A stretch of DNA of 64,000 bases from Podarcis filfolensis (Eukaryota). Numbering within the stretch: the stretch's first letter is position 1; every line of letters begins with the position of its first letter. Below are positions 1 through 12,520 of the stretch, piece by piece. Position numbers and translations under genes: made by a program. The stretch is from assembly GCA_964270895.1 (NCBI GenBank), contig OZ185439.1; one strand, written 5' to 3'. The notes below the pieces were generated by a model. It ran no database searches and was not told where the DNA came from. It saw only the letters and a program-made list of their open reading frames with translations.

Positions 1-261
1 GAGATTAGGGGTGTCTTGCTTTATTGACTGAGCCACCCCAGCTCTACTGCATTTGTCCATATTGCACAGTTTGCTCCTAATACTAATGTCACTCTTAAGC
101 CTTTAGTCAGGCACCCTGTAAAATTAATATTGTCTACCATTTTTTGGTTGAGTGGGCTGTGTAGAAGGCACATTACAAGTCCTCCACAGCAGCTTAGCTC
201 TGTTTTGTTGGCAATGCATGCAGACTGCTAGCTATAGTCAGTGTTGCCATTTCATGTGCAC

Positions 262-322
262 TGCATTGCAGGGGTTGGACTAGATGATCCTTGGTGTCCC
301 AACTCTACAATTCTATGAATTC
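262..322 (+). mobile_element. CR1-type SINE/LINE 3' tail fragment
   Basis: ctgcattgcaggggttggactagatgatcc...aactctacaattctatga, the same tail as at 51528 and 53141. Confidence 0.75.
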
Positions 323-599
323 ATGAATGATGGCAACCATCCCATTCACAGATCCCTCTTTCCATTTTGGGCTTACCTTGACTGAACAATGCAAATTTAG
401 GATACACATAATAGTGGAAACAAAAGAGTATTCTGTTCTGGTTTTGAACCACTAATTTGTAGTTAATTGTTTGTTTTCTCCAAAAGAAATTAAGGAAGAT
501 ACAATACTGTTAAAGGGCAAATGCTTGACGCTGGTCTTTGGGTTTCTTAATGATGAACTTTAAAAAGAACTAGCTGTCTTCTGCTGTTGTCCTTCTCAG

Positions 600-701
600 G
601 AGGCGGCCCTTGCACCCAGCAATGCAGGGACTCCGGCTCCAGTGTTCTCTGCTCTTGCTTCATGGGCTACCAGCTTCAGCCTGATGGCTTCACTTGCGAA
701 G
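600..701 (+). CDS. FBLN1: Fibulin-1 exon 6 equivalent (EGF-like module 1)
   Basis: ttctcag|GA...GAAG|gtaaag, 102 nt, phase 1/1. Translates [33 protein letters not shown], matching human [33 protein letters not shown] as recalled. Confidence 0.95.
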
Positions 702-1072
702 GTAAAGAAAGGTTGCCGTTTGCTTTTCTTTTATAGTTTTGTCCTTTATTTAGAGAAATAACTCTGGCTATGTGTGTCCTGCTGCTCAAGTACTCAAAGT
801 AAGCTTGCGGAGTAAATCAAGAGAGGAACAGAACATAAGAGTGAGTTTGTGCACACATCATATCCCTGTGTTTAGGGCAGCACTAAAGCCTTGTTCCTGG
901 TGAAGCAGAAAGCCTGTATATCTCAGCGATACCACTTCAGTATGCAGGTGTGCACTTGCTCCACTGAGTGCTCCTTCATAAAAGAGCAATCGTGCACACT
1001 CTTGCACATAGAAAACTTGCTGGGAAAGTGATGCTGCAACACTTCTTCCTGCCATTTAGTTTTCTATATGCA

Positions 1073-1075
<3 letters not shown>

Positions 1076-1107
<32 letters not shown>
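1076..1107. repeat. (GT)16 microsatellite
   Basis: Read directly. Confidence 0.95.
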
Positions 1108-1108
<1 letters not shown>

Positions 1109-1394
1109 ATGCAAAATACTCTCCTACTGCCTGTTCATCCCAGCTACAGGTTATTAGATCAGTAAGAGTACGGCCCACGAAGGGCTTTAGATGTTGCAGG
1201 GAAGAACAGACAGTGCAGTTGCCTTATGCATCCTCTCTCTCCCTAAAGCCATTAGGTTTGAAGTCATGGCTTTAGAGAGAGAGTTTGGAGCTGCACAGGG
1301 ACCTCCTGTTACTTCAAGGAGGATTCTTTCCATGCTGCATTTCTTGCAGCCCAGCTTCCTCCAAGGAACTTGGTTTTTTGAAAATAGGGAACCA

Positions 1395-2250
1395 GTGACT
1401 GGTCCAAGGTAGCTCAGTAATAGTCGTAGCTGAGTAAGGATTTTTTTTTTTAATAATAGTATTTATTGAAGTTTTAAGTTTACAAAAAGAAAAAAGAGGA
1501 AACACCAAATTAAACAATAGCAAAACAACACATCACAATAAAAAACAGAAAAATAGAAACAATTAAGAAAAAAAGAAAAAAACCCAAATCGAACCTTCCC
1601 ATAACTTGTCTTTCATTTGCTTGTTTCCCTGACCTCCTCACACCTCCCTTTTTTGTATTCTAAGTCAATTATCCATTTCAGCAAATCCTTTCCCTCTCTT
1701 CAAATTTTTATCCTGAAAATTTATCTTGATCTTAATATAAGTTTACTTTCCCTCCTTTCACCAATTAACAGTCTATTTTTCTTAAATCTTTGTTACATTT
1801 TTGCTAAAATCACATAGATTCATTCCAACATCATTCTAACATTCATTAATTTTACAGTGTTTCTGTAAATAGTCTTTAAATTTCTTCCAACCTTCCTCCA
1901 CCGACTCTTCTCCCTGGTCTCGGATTCTGCCAGTCATTTCCGCCAGTTCCATATAGTCTATCACCTTCATCTGCCATTCTTCCAGAGTGGGTAGATCTTG
2001 TGTCTTCCAATACTTTGCAATAAGTATTCTTGCTGCTGTTGTGGCATACATAAAGTTCTGTCCTTCTTTGGCACCAATTGGCCGACCATGCCCAGGAGAA
2101 AGGCCTCTGGTTTCTTCAGAAAGGTATATTTAAATACCTTTTTCATTTCATTATAGATCATCTCCCAGAAAGCCTTAATCCTTGGGCATGTCAACCAAAG
2201 GTACCAAGGATTTGAACCCAGGTCTCCTAAATTTCCACCTATTACACTAA
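1395..2250 (-). mobile_element. MIR-like CORE-SINE split by the L1 insertion (pieces about 1395-1440 and 2206-2250)
   Basis: The rejoined minus strand reads ggagacctgggttcaaatccttactcagct...accttggaccagtcac (B box plus CORE), like the intact copy near 7800. Confidence 0.65.
1441..2205 (-). mobile_element. 5'-truncated L1-clade LINE (ORF2 C-terminus, 3'UTR, poly(A))
   Basis: Minus-strand WLTCPRIKAFWEMIY...(frameshift)...MYATTAARILIAKYWK...LEEWQ...WKKFKDYL. AATAAA(-) at 1462-1467 and T11 at 1441-1451. Candidate TSD AAGGATTT at 1436-1443 and 2206-2213. Confidence 0.9.
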
Positions 2251-3482
2251 GAAGTGGAGAATACTGCCCAGGATAGGAATGACGTGCACACACACAACAC
2301 ATACAGTGAAGAATCAGCTACTGGCCCCTTTTCTTCATCCCTTATTTGTCTCGCCTTATATCTCTGTGTAGAAGCTAATTTCCCCTGCTCCTTTCGGTGT
2401 CATGCAGCTTTCTCTGGCTGCGGCTGCAGCTGCAGGAGCTTTCAGAATTTCTCATGGCTTGCCTGCTCTCACGTGGCAAATGTAACATGTGACCAAGCTG
2501 CTAAATCCCTGAAAGCTAACATGGCATAGGATTAGCTGAATAGGAGGCTATTATATGCACTGGGGGTGCAGGGTGTCAGGACTGCAGCAAACATGAATTG
2601 AAATGGATCAGAAAAATCTTTGGCACTAGGGACAGAAAGAATATTACATCATCATCATCATCATCATCCCATCTTTTCCCTAGACCCGGGACTCAAGGCA
2701 TCTTACAAAAACTGAATCAACATGGATAAAACACCAAAAGCTAAAAACATATATAAGATAATTGTTTAAGAGCTAATTAAACTATTATTACATACTGGGT
2801 GTAACTGAGTTCTGTTATATGCACTGGGTCTTTTGCAGTTGACTAATGAGATGCAGATTTTTCAACTGAATAGGAGGAAATAGGCAACCTGCACATTTAT
2901 GAAATGATAAGAGGGATAAAAGAATAAACTTTTAGTTAAGATTGAGTTCAGAAAAACTGTGGCTCAGTTATTTGTTGGTTAGCTTTCTTAGCTCTGGGAA
3001 AGCAGAAATCATTATGCTGTGCATTTTCTTGCTCCGACCGCTGCCACCAGCGCCACCAGCGCCACCAGCAGCAGCCAGGGCTGTGCAGCGCATGCAGGCA
3101 GCAGGGAATCCACAGGATGGGATGTTGTGGCATGAGGTGTATTTTGCTGAGGATTAGCAGCAGTGCGTGGAATTTGATTCTTTTCCTCTGAAGAAACTGC
3201 CATGAGATTGGCAGGAGGTCAGCAGAGCTGGGGAAACTGGAGGGACATAAAGTGTATCTAACCAAAAAGGAGAAGAATGACTCTCTTCGTCAAGTTTAGT
3301 TTTGCTTTCCTTCCCTCTTTCTTTTATGAATATTACATGAGAAATAAGTTTTTGTTACTTTGAGAGTCTAAGGATACACACTGCTTACTTCCTGAACACC
3401 AGCGAGCATTCTCTGACTTCCTGATGGTCGTATGGTATGGCAAAGTTGCCGTTTCACATATTTCCCCCTTGATTATTTCTAG

Positions 3483-3614
3483 ATATGAATGAATGCCTTA
3501 CCAACCCTTGTGCCATTGGACAAATTTGTATCAATACAGCAGGATCTTTCCGCTGTCAGCGGGAGACCAGCTGTGGGACTGGTTATGAACTGACGGAGAA
3601 CAACCTTTGCAAAG
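3483..3614 (+). CDS. FBLN1: Fibulin-1 exon 7 equivalent (cbEGF module)
   Basis: ttctag|AT...AAAG|gtatgt, 132 nt. [44 protein letters not shown]. Confidence 0.95.
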
Positions 3615-4147
3615 GTATGTTTCAGACTTCTCACAAGAGAGATAGATGGTTGCTGTAGTTCTTAGCCGCTCCTAATGTATCCTGTTCTCTTGAAATTTGC
3701 TGTGTTAGGTCCAGTTCACACATAATGCAGGAAGCTTGTTTGCCAAATGTACACTAGTGTTTGCTGTAGTGTGTGCTACAAAGTGGGACACCTTTTCTCA
3801 TGCTGGGCTCTGAAATTAGAAGCCCACCCAGCTGAGGTGAAAATGAATTTGGGGAGCATTTTCAGAGTAGCGTAGGCAGGATAAGCCCTCCCACTGTTAG
3901 ACCTTATAAGTGTAGCCCTTTGCCAGCTTGATTCCTGTTATAGTGACTAATGCGGCTTTGGCACCACATGTTTGCTGCTATAGCACCTAGTTCTACCTTA
4001 ATCCTGCAGTGTGGTTATACCTTTAGAATAATAATTAAAAAACCCACATTTGGTCTGATTTGCTTAAATGTTGCTTGTGTCTGAAGCATGACAAGATGGC
4101 TCTGCAAGACCTTACGCTAACAAATTCTTTCTTTTGTGATGTACCAG

Positions 4148-4285
4148 ATATTGACGAGTGTGAGACTGATACTCATAACTGCCTCCCCGATTTTATCTGT
4201 CAGAATACTCCAGGATCCTTCCGTTGCCGACCCAAGCAACAGTGCAGGAGCGGCTTTATACAAGATGCACTGGGCAATTGTATTG
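4148..4285 (+). CDS. FBLN1: Fibulin-1 exon 8 equivalent (cbEGF module)
   Basis: accag|AT...ATTG|gtaagg, 138 nt. [46 protein letters not shown]. Confidence 0.97.
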
Positions 4286-4511
4286 GTAAGGCATGTTGCG
4301 CCTGAAAGCCAGTACCATTGAACTGGGTGTCATTCCTGAGAGGCTAGCTGCTGTTACAGCTGCCCCACTATTGCCACTGGGAAATTTCCTCCGTTTATGC
4401 TGCCCCTGCCTATGCTTTGCCTTTTCAAGGGAGCATGCTCAGTTAAGCTTTTAAGGTTGGTGTTCTGCTCTTAAAAGTTTCCCTTTTAATTTAATGTTTG
4501 TACTGTTGTAG

Positions 4512-4655
4512 ATATCAATGAATGCTTGAGTGCGAATGCACCTTGTCCTGCTGGACAGACTTGCATCAACACGGATGGGTCTTACGCTTGCCAGAGGAAT
4601 GTGCCAAACTGTGGGCGAGGCTACCATCTAAACGAAGAAGGCACAAGATGTGTAG
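4512..4655 (+). CDS. FBLN1: Fibulin-1 exon 9 equivalent (cbEGF module)
   Basis: ttgtag|AT...GTAG|gttggt, 144 nt. [48 protein letters not shown]. Confidence 0.97.
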
Positions 4656-6110
4656 GTTGGTACAAAGGGTCCATTTAATCCTGCATCCTTCCTCCTGGAG
4701 AGATGCCCCTGGAGAGGTCAGGCATGGTGACAGCCACCCCTGCCGTTGGTGCTCCCGGGTATATTGCCTCTGGACACAGAAGCTCAGGTCCGCTGTTGAT
4801 GGACCTGTTCACAAACAGCAACCTAAGCCAGAAGCCACTACTGCAACCTGTGGGTGTTGCATGAAAAAGTACCTAAATGTCCATTACATGAAGAAGTGAT
4901 GTTCACACCCTCCTTTTTGTTTTGTTTCCTTTTAAAAATTGCCGTATTTTAGAATAGAGCTGAGCCACAACAAGTCTTTTTAATGTCATTTTCACTTCTG
5001 CTATTTTCCAAGAGATTTTTTTGCTAAAAAATCTTGAGTGCTATATAACATTCCTAAATAAATATTTAGGACCCCAAAGGCAGTTTTTTAAAACTCTAAG
5101 GAGCTGTGTAATACTTACCCGAGTGATTGCCCCACAGGGCAGAGCTCAAAGAAGCTTCGGAACCATGGGAGCAAAAGTGCTGTGAAATACAGGGCCACCC
5201 AGACAGAGCAGGGCTCCATGGCATGTGCTGTCTCTCTCAGCCCAAGTGTTATTAGTGGCCGTGCACCGATCCCCAGCCCTGCCTACAATTATTAGGCTGG
5301 AAGCGCTGCCTAAGCTTTGGTTCTGTTTTCTTGGAGAGTTTCCAGCCCAAGGATTGCATAGTCCCCCTTGATCCTCAGGTTTCTCTGAGCAGTACTCAGT
5401 GGACCCATGGATCAGGTATTAGACAGATCTTTGGAGTCTTGAAAATCTGGAATCTTAAGAATAAGCTTTTTCATTGCAGTTTGCATGGCCTTGTCTGCCT
5501 GTAGTGCCCAGGACTTGGACAAAACGCAGAGAAAGGCTTTGAATTTTTTTACAGGTTTGCTTGACTGTTCAACAAAAGCTTCTTGGGTGTACTCACTTCA
5601 ACATAAATGGAAATTTTGCTGGAGTCTGCTGCATTATAGAATGTTTCCTTGGGTGTGTAATCAACATTAATATTTGCAAAGGAATCAACACAGTAAAGCA
5701 ATAAAATCTCAAGTTACGATAGCTCACAACAGATCAAGAACAGTCCCAAAATCTAAAAGTTATTTCTAGCAGCCGCTTAACATTCCAAAGACCAAAAGAC
5801 CTCCATGTGTTTTTGCAGATCATTTTAAAAAGGATAGAGAACTGGTCAAGGCAGCATTTGTCAGCAAAGATTCCCCTAGGTGGCATGGCAGCATCAAGAA
5901 TGCCCTAGGCCACATAAACACCCACTGTGCTCCAAGGACACTCTTGCCATGACTGGTCTATGTACGGTTGTGAGATGAGTTGGGAAACCCATGCACTCCA
6001 TGTGCAAACCTGTGTGTAGGTTCTCTGAACCAGAGCCCTTTGGTTTTTTCTTACTTTGTCATGTTATGCTTTCACCTCCAATTGTTTTTCTAACCCTTCT
6101 GTATTACAAG

Positions 6111-6239
6111 ATGTGGACGAGTGTTTGCCCCCGAATCAGCCTTGTGGAGAGGGCCACACTTGTGCCAATTCCCCTGGAAGCTACCGCTGTGAATGCCGAG
6201 CTGGCTACTATTTTGAGGGAATCAGTAGAACCTGCGCTG
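6111..6239 (+). CDS. FBLN1: Fibulin-1 exon 10 equivalent (cbEGF module)
   Basis: tacaag|AT...GCTG|gtaagt, 129 nt. [43 protein letters not shown]. Confidence 0.97.
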
Positions 6240-6524
6240 GTAAGTGACAGGACATGCATCGGCTCACGCCCTTCCTTTAGTTCAGCCATCTAACCCTTAA
6301 AAAAAAAGATAAATCAGTAGTATTTTGCTTTATTTGGGTATTCCTATGCCACACTTCACCACGAAGTCACAGGAAGGCATACACCACATTAAAACACACC
6401 ACTACATGTTTCTAAGAACAGTTGAAATAGCATTACAAAGTAAACAACAGCATAAACAAAAATAACAGAAATAACATAGAATAGCAATGGAGACAACGCC
6501 ATCACCATCAACAACGACAATACA

Positions 6525-6935
6525 TTTTATTATTTATACCCCACCCATCTGGCTGGGTTTCCTCAGCCACTCTGGGCAGCTTACAGCACATATAAAACAT
6601 AGTAAAACATCAAACATTAAAAACCTCCTGATGCAGGGCTGCCTTCAGATGTCTTCTAATAGTTGTGTAGCTCTTTATGTCCTTGACATCTGATGGGAGG
6701 GTGTTCCACAGGGAGGACGCCACACTGCCGAGAAGGCCCTCTGCCTGGTTCCTTGTAACTTCACTTCTCGCAGTGAGGGAACCAGCAGAAGACGCTTGGA
6801 GCTAGATCTCTGTGTTCAGTGGGGGTGGAGACGCTCCTTCAGGTATACTGGGCTGAGGCTGTTTAGGGCTTCAAAGGTCAGCACCAATGCTTTGAAATGT
6901 GCTCGGAAACATACTGGGAGCCAGTGAGGATCCTG
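6525..6935 (-). mobile_element. L2-clade LINE 3' fragment
   Basis: Minus strand encodes the ...VLTFEALNSLSPVYLKERL...TRQRAFS...LWNTLP-type ORF2 end, then a 3'UTR ending ...gggtataaataataaaat. Confidence 0.8.
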
Positions 6936-7137
6936 GCTCTGATATTAGGATACAACTTTTCAGCAGCTACCACGCTGACTTGCTACAATATGAATTGGGT
7001 CTAAGATAGAATAATGTGCTCAAGCCAAAGTTATAGTGAAGTGTGAATCATTCAGAAATTGACCAAAATGTTTTTGAGAACTCTCTGATTTATATGCTTT
7101 TCTTGAAATCTTCAGAATGACATGTTTATTTCTGTAG

Positions 7138-7263
7138 ATATAAATGAATGCCGACGATACCCTGGTCACCTATGTGCTCACAAATGTGAAAACACTGCTG
7201 GCTCTTATTACTGCAGCTGCACGATGGGCTTCAAACTTTCAACTGACGGGCGGTCATGTGAAG
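7138..7263 (+). CDS. FBLN1: Fibulin-1 exon 11 equivalent (cbEGF module)
   Basis: ctgtag|AT...GAAG|gtaaca, 126 nt. [42 protein letters not shown]. Confidence 0.97.
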
Positions 7264-7797
7264 GTAACATTGACAGTGCAATCGTATCCTTGCCTACCCC
7301 AAAGCACATTCCACTGGGTTCAGTAGAGCTTACTCCTGGGCATGCGTACAGCAGGGTTTCCCAAATGTCTGAGTTTATTGGTCTCTTCATGAGGTTATCA
7401 GCAACCCCAATCCAAATTCTTAGGAATGTAGATAAAGTTAAGTCAAGAAATATTGATATATAATCAACATTTATTATTAGTCAGTCACCATTACTAGGAA
7501 TCATAAAATACAAAATGTAAGGGATACTGTTGGATTGTGGAATAACCTTATTAAATACAGAAGTTCCTCACTGTTAAAGGATGCGCACTCTGTACATGCC
7601 CACGCCCTTTATTTCTGAGGCTCATAGTTTCTAATTAATTTTATCACACTGTATCTTGTAAGCTACTTTTCCCACCCTTTCCTCCCTTTTGACCCCTAAC
7701 TCTTTATTCACCCCCCTGCACAGCCTCATTGACCTCAGGGGATTAATACTGACCACCTTGGGAAATTCTGGTGTGGTGTATAGAATTGCAGCCCTAT

Positions 7798-7970
7798 AGC
7801 GTGAGTGTGAAGGAATGGTTAGACTATCAGGCCAGGACTGGAGAGACCTGGATTCAAGCAATGAATCTCGCTTAGCCATGAAGCTCACTGGATGACCTTG
7901 GGCCAATCACTGGATCTCAGACTAGCCTACCTCCCAGGTTTGTTGTGAGGATAAAAATGGATGAGCCATT
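7798..7970 (+). mobile_element. MIR-like tRNA/CORE SINE
   Basis: gagacctggattcaa...agccatgaagctcactggatgaccttgggccaatcac...ctacctc...gttgtgaggataaaa, typical CORE-SINE body. Confidence 0.75.
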
Positions 7971-8084
7971 TTGTGGTGTCTTGAACTCCTTGGATGAAAG
8001 CCAGGATATGAAAGGACAAATAAGGTTGCTGACAAATAAGGTAAAAAATATTGCTTTGCATTAATGTATTTTTGTTGGTTTCAG

Positions 8085-8204
8085 ACTTGAATGAGTGTGA
8101 AAGTAATCCCTGCAGCCAGGAGTGTGCTAATGTATATGGTTCTTATCAGTGCTACTGTCGTCGGGGCTACCAGCTGAGTGACATAGATGGCATCACCTGT
8201 GAAG
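8085..8204 (+). CDS. FBLN1: Fibulin-1 exon 12 equivalent (cbEGF module)
   Basis: tttcag|AC...GAAG|gtgggt, 120 nt. [40 protein letters not shown]. Confidence 0.97.
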
Positions 8205-8369
8205 GTGGGTAGCAATCATTATGCACACGGCTCATATTAACTTATGGAAGCTGCACTGTTCTAATGAAGACCATTGGTCCATCTATCCCAATGAGACTGG
8301 CAGCAGCTCCCCAAGGGTTCAGGCAGGGGAGTCTTCTGTGGAGGCCTCACTCCCTCACGTGGGCACTTG

Positions 8370-8620
8370 AAGAACATAGGAAGAGTCATGCTGGATCAGG
8401 CCATAGGCCCCTCTAGTCCAACATCCTGCTGTCATAGTGACCAGCCAGATGCCATGGGAAGCCTGCAAGCAGGTCTACAAGACCAGAACATCCCTCTCCC
8501 GAATTTGGGATACTCAGCAGCTGGTACTGAGAGGCATACTGCCTCTGACACGGGAGAGAGAACCTATCTGCCAGGGCCAGTAGTCATGGATTTGTCTGAT
8601 TCTCTTTTAAAGCCATCCAG
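8370..8620 (-). mobile_element. CR1 LINE 3' end
   Basis: aagaacataggaagag...ctggatcaggcc...tctagtccaacatcctg...ccagatgcc is the reverse complement of the squamate CR1 3'UTR with its TTCTTATG-type tail. Confidence 0.75.
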
Positions 8621-8896
8621 TAATGGGAGTGAATTCCAGTTTCTGCTATTCTTCCAGAAGCGTTCTCCTAGAAACTGCTGAAGCTTGCTGAATTGATTAC
8701 CTTGGAATTTTGAGGGGAGCGGGGATCAGGACTGTTTCCATGGAAGTCTAAGATCCAATTTACCCATCATTTAGTTAGGTGAAATGTAATGTGTACTCAA
8801 GCGTTATATCATCCATTCTGTAGAGGCGTAAGAGTTGAGCAACAAGGCAGTAAACAGTCTCTCGTGTACTTGCTAATTGGTGAATATGCTTTTCAG

Positions 8897-9028
8897 ATAT
8901 TGATGAATGTGCCTTGCCCACTGGAGGACATATCTGTGCCTATCGATGCATTAATGTTCCGGGGAGTTTTCAGTGTACTTGCCCCTCCTCCGGTTACAAA
9001 GTGGCCCCCAATGCACGAAACTGTCAAG
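8897..9028 (+). CDS. FBLN1: Fibulin-1 exon 13 equivalent (cbEGF module)
   Basis: tttcag|AT...CAAG|gtatgt, 132 nt. [44 protein letters not shown]. Confidence 0.97.
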
Positions 9029-9505
9029 GTATGTTTAAAGCATAATGATGTGCAAGTGTGACATTCATAGGAAAGAAGCTTGTGGTCTAGAGAAGGCAGA
9101 ATTCTTTTGTCATGTTCTGTTACAAAGAAAGAACTTCTTGATTGAATGCATTTGACAACGCATTTGACAAATCATTCCCAAAGTTCATTCTCTAAATGCT
9201 TCTTCACTGGCCTTCTGAATTCAGAAATTTCTTGTCTTCTTCTTAAGGGTATATCAAAACTGGCAGGGTTTTTTTGTGTATGACTAATGCACAATGTTGT
9301 TATAACGATGAGAAGCCTGGTGCAGTTCAGCTTGAGATCTGTCCCTCTTTGGAGGGAGCGGGTTACAGATGTTAAATAGCACAACAAATCTAAGATGTTT
9401 GTATTATCCCTGTTGTGTAGGGTTTCCATATCCAGACAGAAAAGTTGTTGAGGGGGGAAAATGCTGTTTTTGAGCTATTTTTAAGGAAAAGCGGCACTGT
9501 TGACA

Positions 9506-9623
9506 TAGGCTGCCATACGTTCAGATTTCCCCCAACATTTCCCCGATTTCCTCCTGGATGCTGCTACTAGCTGCAGTATTCCACATATGTCTGGGGAAAT
9601 CTGTATGACGTAGGGCAACCCTA
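9506..9623. mobile_element. Short hAT-like MITE (TAGGGTTGCC-type TIR)
   Basis: Left taggctgccatacgttcagatttccc; right gggaaatctgtatgacgtagggcaacccta (imperfect inverted repeat). No clean TSD. Confidence 0.6.
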
Positions 9624-9916
9624 CCGTTGTGGATGATCACTGCAGAATAATTTCAGACTGCTGACCACCCTGCTTGTATTTCTTTTTCTTTCCCCCTCCA
9701 CACTCACCTATATTTAAACTGGCAACTAAAGAGAGCCTTTCATGCATCTAGTCTATGGAAGTTTATGCCCTATCTCTCCGATAGGCTAGCTTTCTAGGTG
9801 GAGGGTTGTCCAATCTTGTGTGAAGTAGTCCAGCTGAGGCACAGAGCAAACTTCATCATTGCCAAATCTATACTCCCACAATAAGCATCCTCTGTCCTCC
9901 TCTCCTGCTTTTACAG

Positions 9917-10040
9917 ATATTGATGAGTGTGTTACAGAAACACATAGTTGCTCATACAATGAGACCTGCTTTAATATTCAGGGTGGTTTTCGCTGCCTTT
10001 CCCTGGAATGCCCAGAAAATTATCGCAAATCTGGAGATAC
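9917..10040 (+). CDS. FBLN1: Fibulin-1 exon 14 equivalent (last common exon, EGF module 9)
   Basis: ttacag|AT...GATAC|gtaagt, 124 nt, ends in phase 2. [42 protein letters not shown]. Confidence 0.97.
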
Positions 10041-10119
10041 GTAAGTACATTTCTTTCTTTCATTAGGCAGCCTGTACTAGTACCCAGCCGCCACCACCGC
10101 CACCACCATCATCATCAAA

Positions 10120-11200
10120 GTGAGGAAAGAAAGAAAAGAAAAAATGCAAATAAAACTAAAAATACAATAAGAAAAAAGATATAATGTAATACACTGAATA
10201 TAAACAATTACACTTCCATACATAATTATATAGATACATAAGTAATGTTATTGTCCTAAAATATATATGATTATTAATCATCTACTATATTCTGTATAAA
10301 CTCATTCCAAATATCAATATATTCATCCAAACAAAGTCTGCATCTATAAGCAATCTGTTCATATGTTGTGAGTGTTGTCATGTTGTCAGTCCTTTGGATA
10401 AGGGGATCATATCGCTATTCTTCCAGGCACTTCTACATGGCAGTTTATCTGCTCATACATGGCTAATTTTGCACAACACCCACATGGCACAGTCCACATC
10501 AAAATGATATACCATATTATTGGCCATAGTTAGGGCACGTAGAATCCATTTTCATTGTCTGATTGTTACAATACAATAGGCATCTCATTCAGAAAAATGC
10601 ACGAGGAGGCTGAATTCTATATGTATACTGCTTTAAGAAATAAATTACATGTATCAGATGCAGCCCAACAGCAATATCTGCAGCTACAATGTCTTGTAAT
10701 AGCCTTGTTTGGACCGGTGGCTTTCTCAGCTTCTGAGACACCAGAGATATTTGAACAATTGAACAAACTTTTTGAAACTAAAAAACAGTGATCACTGGAA
10801 CAGAAATTTGTTACTAACAAATAAGTTTGATATGAAGACTTTAAGAAATGATTAGAATAACGAATTGGGTTTTCCAATATTACCTAGACAATGTGAAAGT
10901 GTTTTAGCTTCTGTAGCAAAGGTATTGATGGATCTTAAATTACGACTTATACAACAGTGCTAGTACCAAACCTGACCAACTAAGCCACACAATGAGCACC
11001 CTCCCTTTATGTTCCCATCGATGAATGACACTCTGTCGTGGTAGTGAATTCTGTAGCTTAACAACATGCTTCTTAAATTGAGATAAAATTGCAATCCTGG
11101 GTCATAGACTGGCATGAGAAACAATGGATATGAAGATGACATATGTAGTCCATCTGTTATACCCACCGAAGTAAGCTTTTGCCAGTATAATATACTTGTC
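10120..11200 (-). mobile_element. Possible highly degraded L1-like relic
   Basis: A-rich block resembling the reversed L1 3'UTR at 1450-1620, followed by faint KWILRALTMA.. and Cys-rich remnants. No clean ORF. Confidence 0.3.
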
Positions 11201-11616
11201 TGGTTGTAGCTGCCTGCTTCTAAACATTTAATTCAAAAGCTGTTTGCTAAGAAAAGGTTAACAATGATGGGTATTGAGAGAGTTTAAAGTAAGCAAGGCA
11301 TGGGAGTGATACACAAACCCTTCATTTCTTGCCCACTAGGAAAACCCTGGGACTGGATATGTATAGAATGCACTCAGATTTATTCAATGAGCTCTGCCAG
11401 TTGTGTGGTGCAGTTCACTGAGTGAAGGCGTGCAGCAAGTTGAGGTGGAATGCCCAATGTCAAGCAAATAACTAGAAAGTTACTGCACTGCACAAAGCCC
11501 TAAACCACTGGATCCAAAGTCCCCGTGGATCCCCTGAGGGGCCTGATCCATGTGCCTGATCCATGTGCCTTTCACCTAAGCCAACCTGGAGCTGGCATAG
11601 TGAAAGCAATGCAAAC

Positions 11617-11747
11617 TAAGGTTACCAGACGTCCCTGTTTCCTGGGGACAGTCCCTGGATTTACAAATCAGTCCCCTGACAAAATCCATGGATTTAGTAG
11701 GAAGTAAAGTGTCCCCGGATTCATTGAAAAAAAATCTGGTAACCTTA
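11617..11747. mobile_element. hAT-superfamily MITE, 131 bp
   Basis: Perfect 13-bp TIR TAAGGTTACCAGA/TCTGGTAACCTTA. Perfect 8-bp TSD ATGCAAAC at 11609-11616 and 11748-11755. Confidence 0.92.
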
Positions 11748-12520
11748 ATGCAAACGCATGTTCTAATCTTCCACCCTGGCTAATGCAAGCCTGCAGGGCT
11801 TTCAGGGGGGCTCCGTATTCACCCCTCTCTCACCTGAATTTCATAGGCTTTGCCTAGGCTCTCAGTGCAGAGACGCCAGCTGGCGAGGACAACTGGGGGC
11901 AAGGCCTGAGGCGGAGCTGAATGGAGAGGCTGCGCAGCTTCAATGGCCAGCAGCAGCTCCTCCTCTGCCTCCTGGAGCCCCCACTGGGGGGAGGCTGCTT
12001 TGACCCTCCTGCCCCTCCACAGTAGGGGGGGAGGAGCTGGCCTCTGGAGCCGCACTGTGCTTCGCGTCTGCATTTTTGGACATAGGCCCCCCGACCCCAC
12101 CTCCAAAATATTTGGGGGACCCAAAAGGGCTCTGCCCCCAGGAGCTAGCGCCCCTGCTCCAGTAACTTACTCACACACCTCAGTGTGACTGGCCAAGTCA
12201 TGCCATGGTTGAGGGGAAGAAGGCATTCAGTTTGAGACAAGAAAGACACTGAGAGCAGCAGCAGTCAGGGATGCTGAGAGGCCAATTACGAATGCTGTAG
12301 GAATGCCTGACCAAAGGAGGGCAGCCCTTGATGTGTGCGTGTGACTGGAGCAGGGGGCAGCAGCACTAATACTTTTGCTTCCTTCTGCACCACCTAAAAT
12401 GTCAGGAGAAGCATGTGGGGGTTTGGGTGTGTGTGTGGAAAATTTGTGGAACTTGCCTGCCATTTCCGATTACTATGGTTGTAGGGAGACAAATGAGGTA
12501 AGTTTATTTAAAGATGACTT

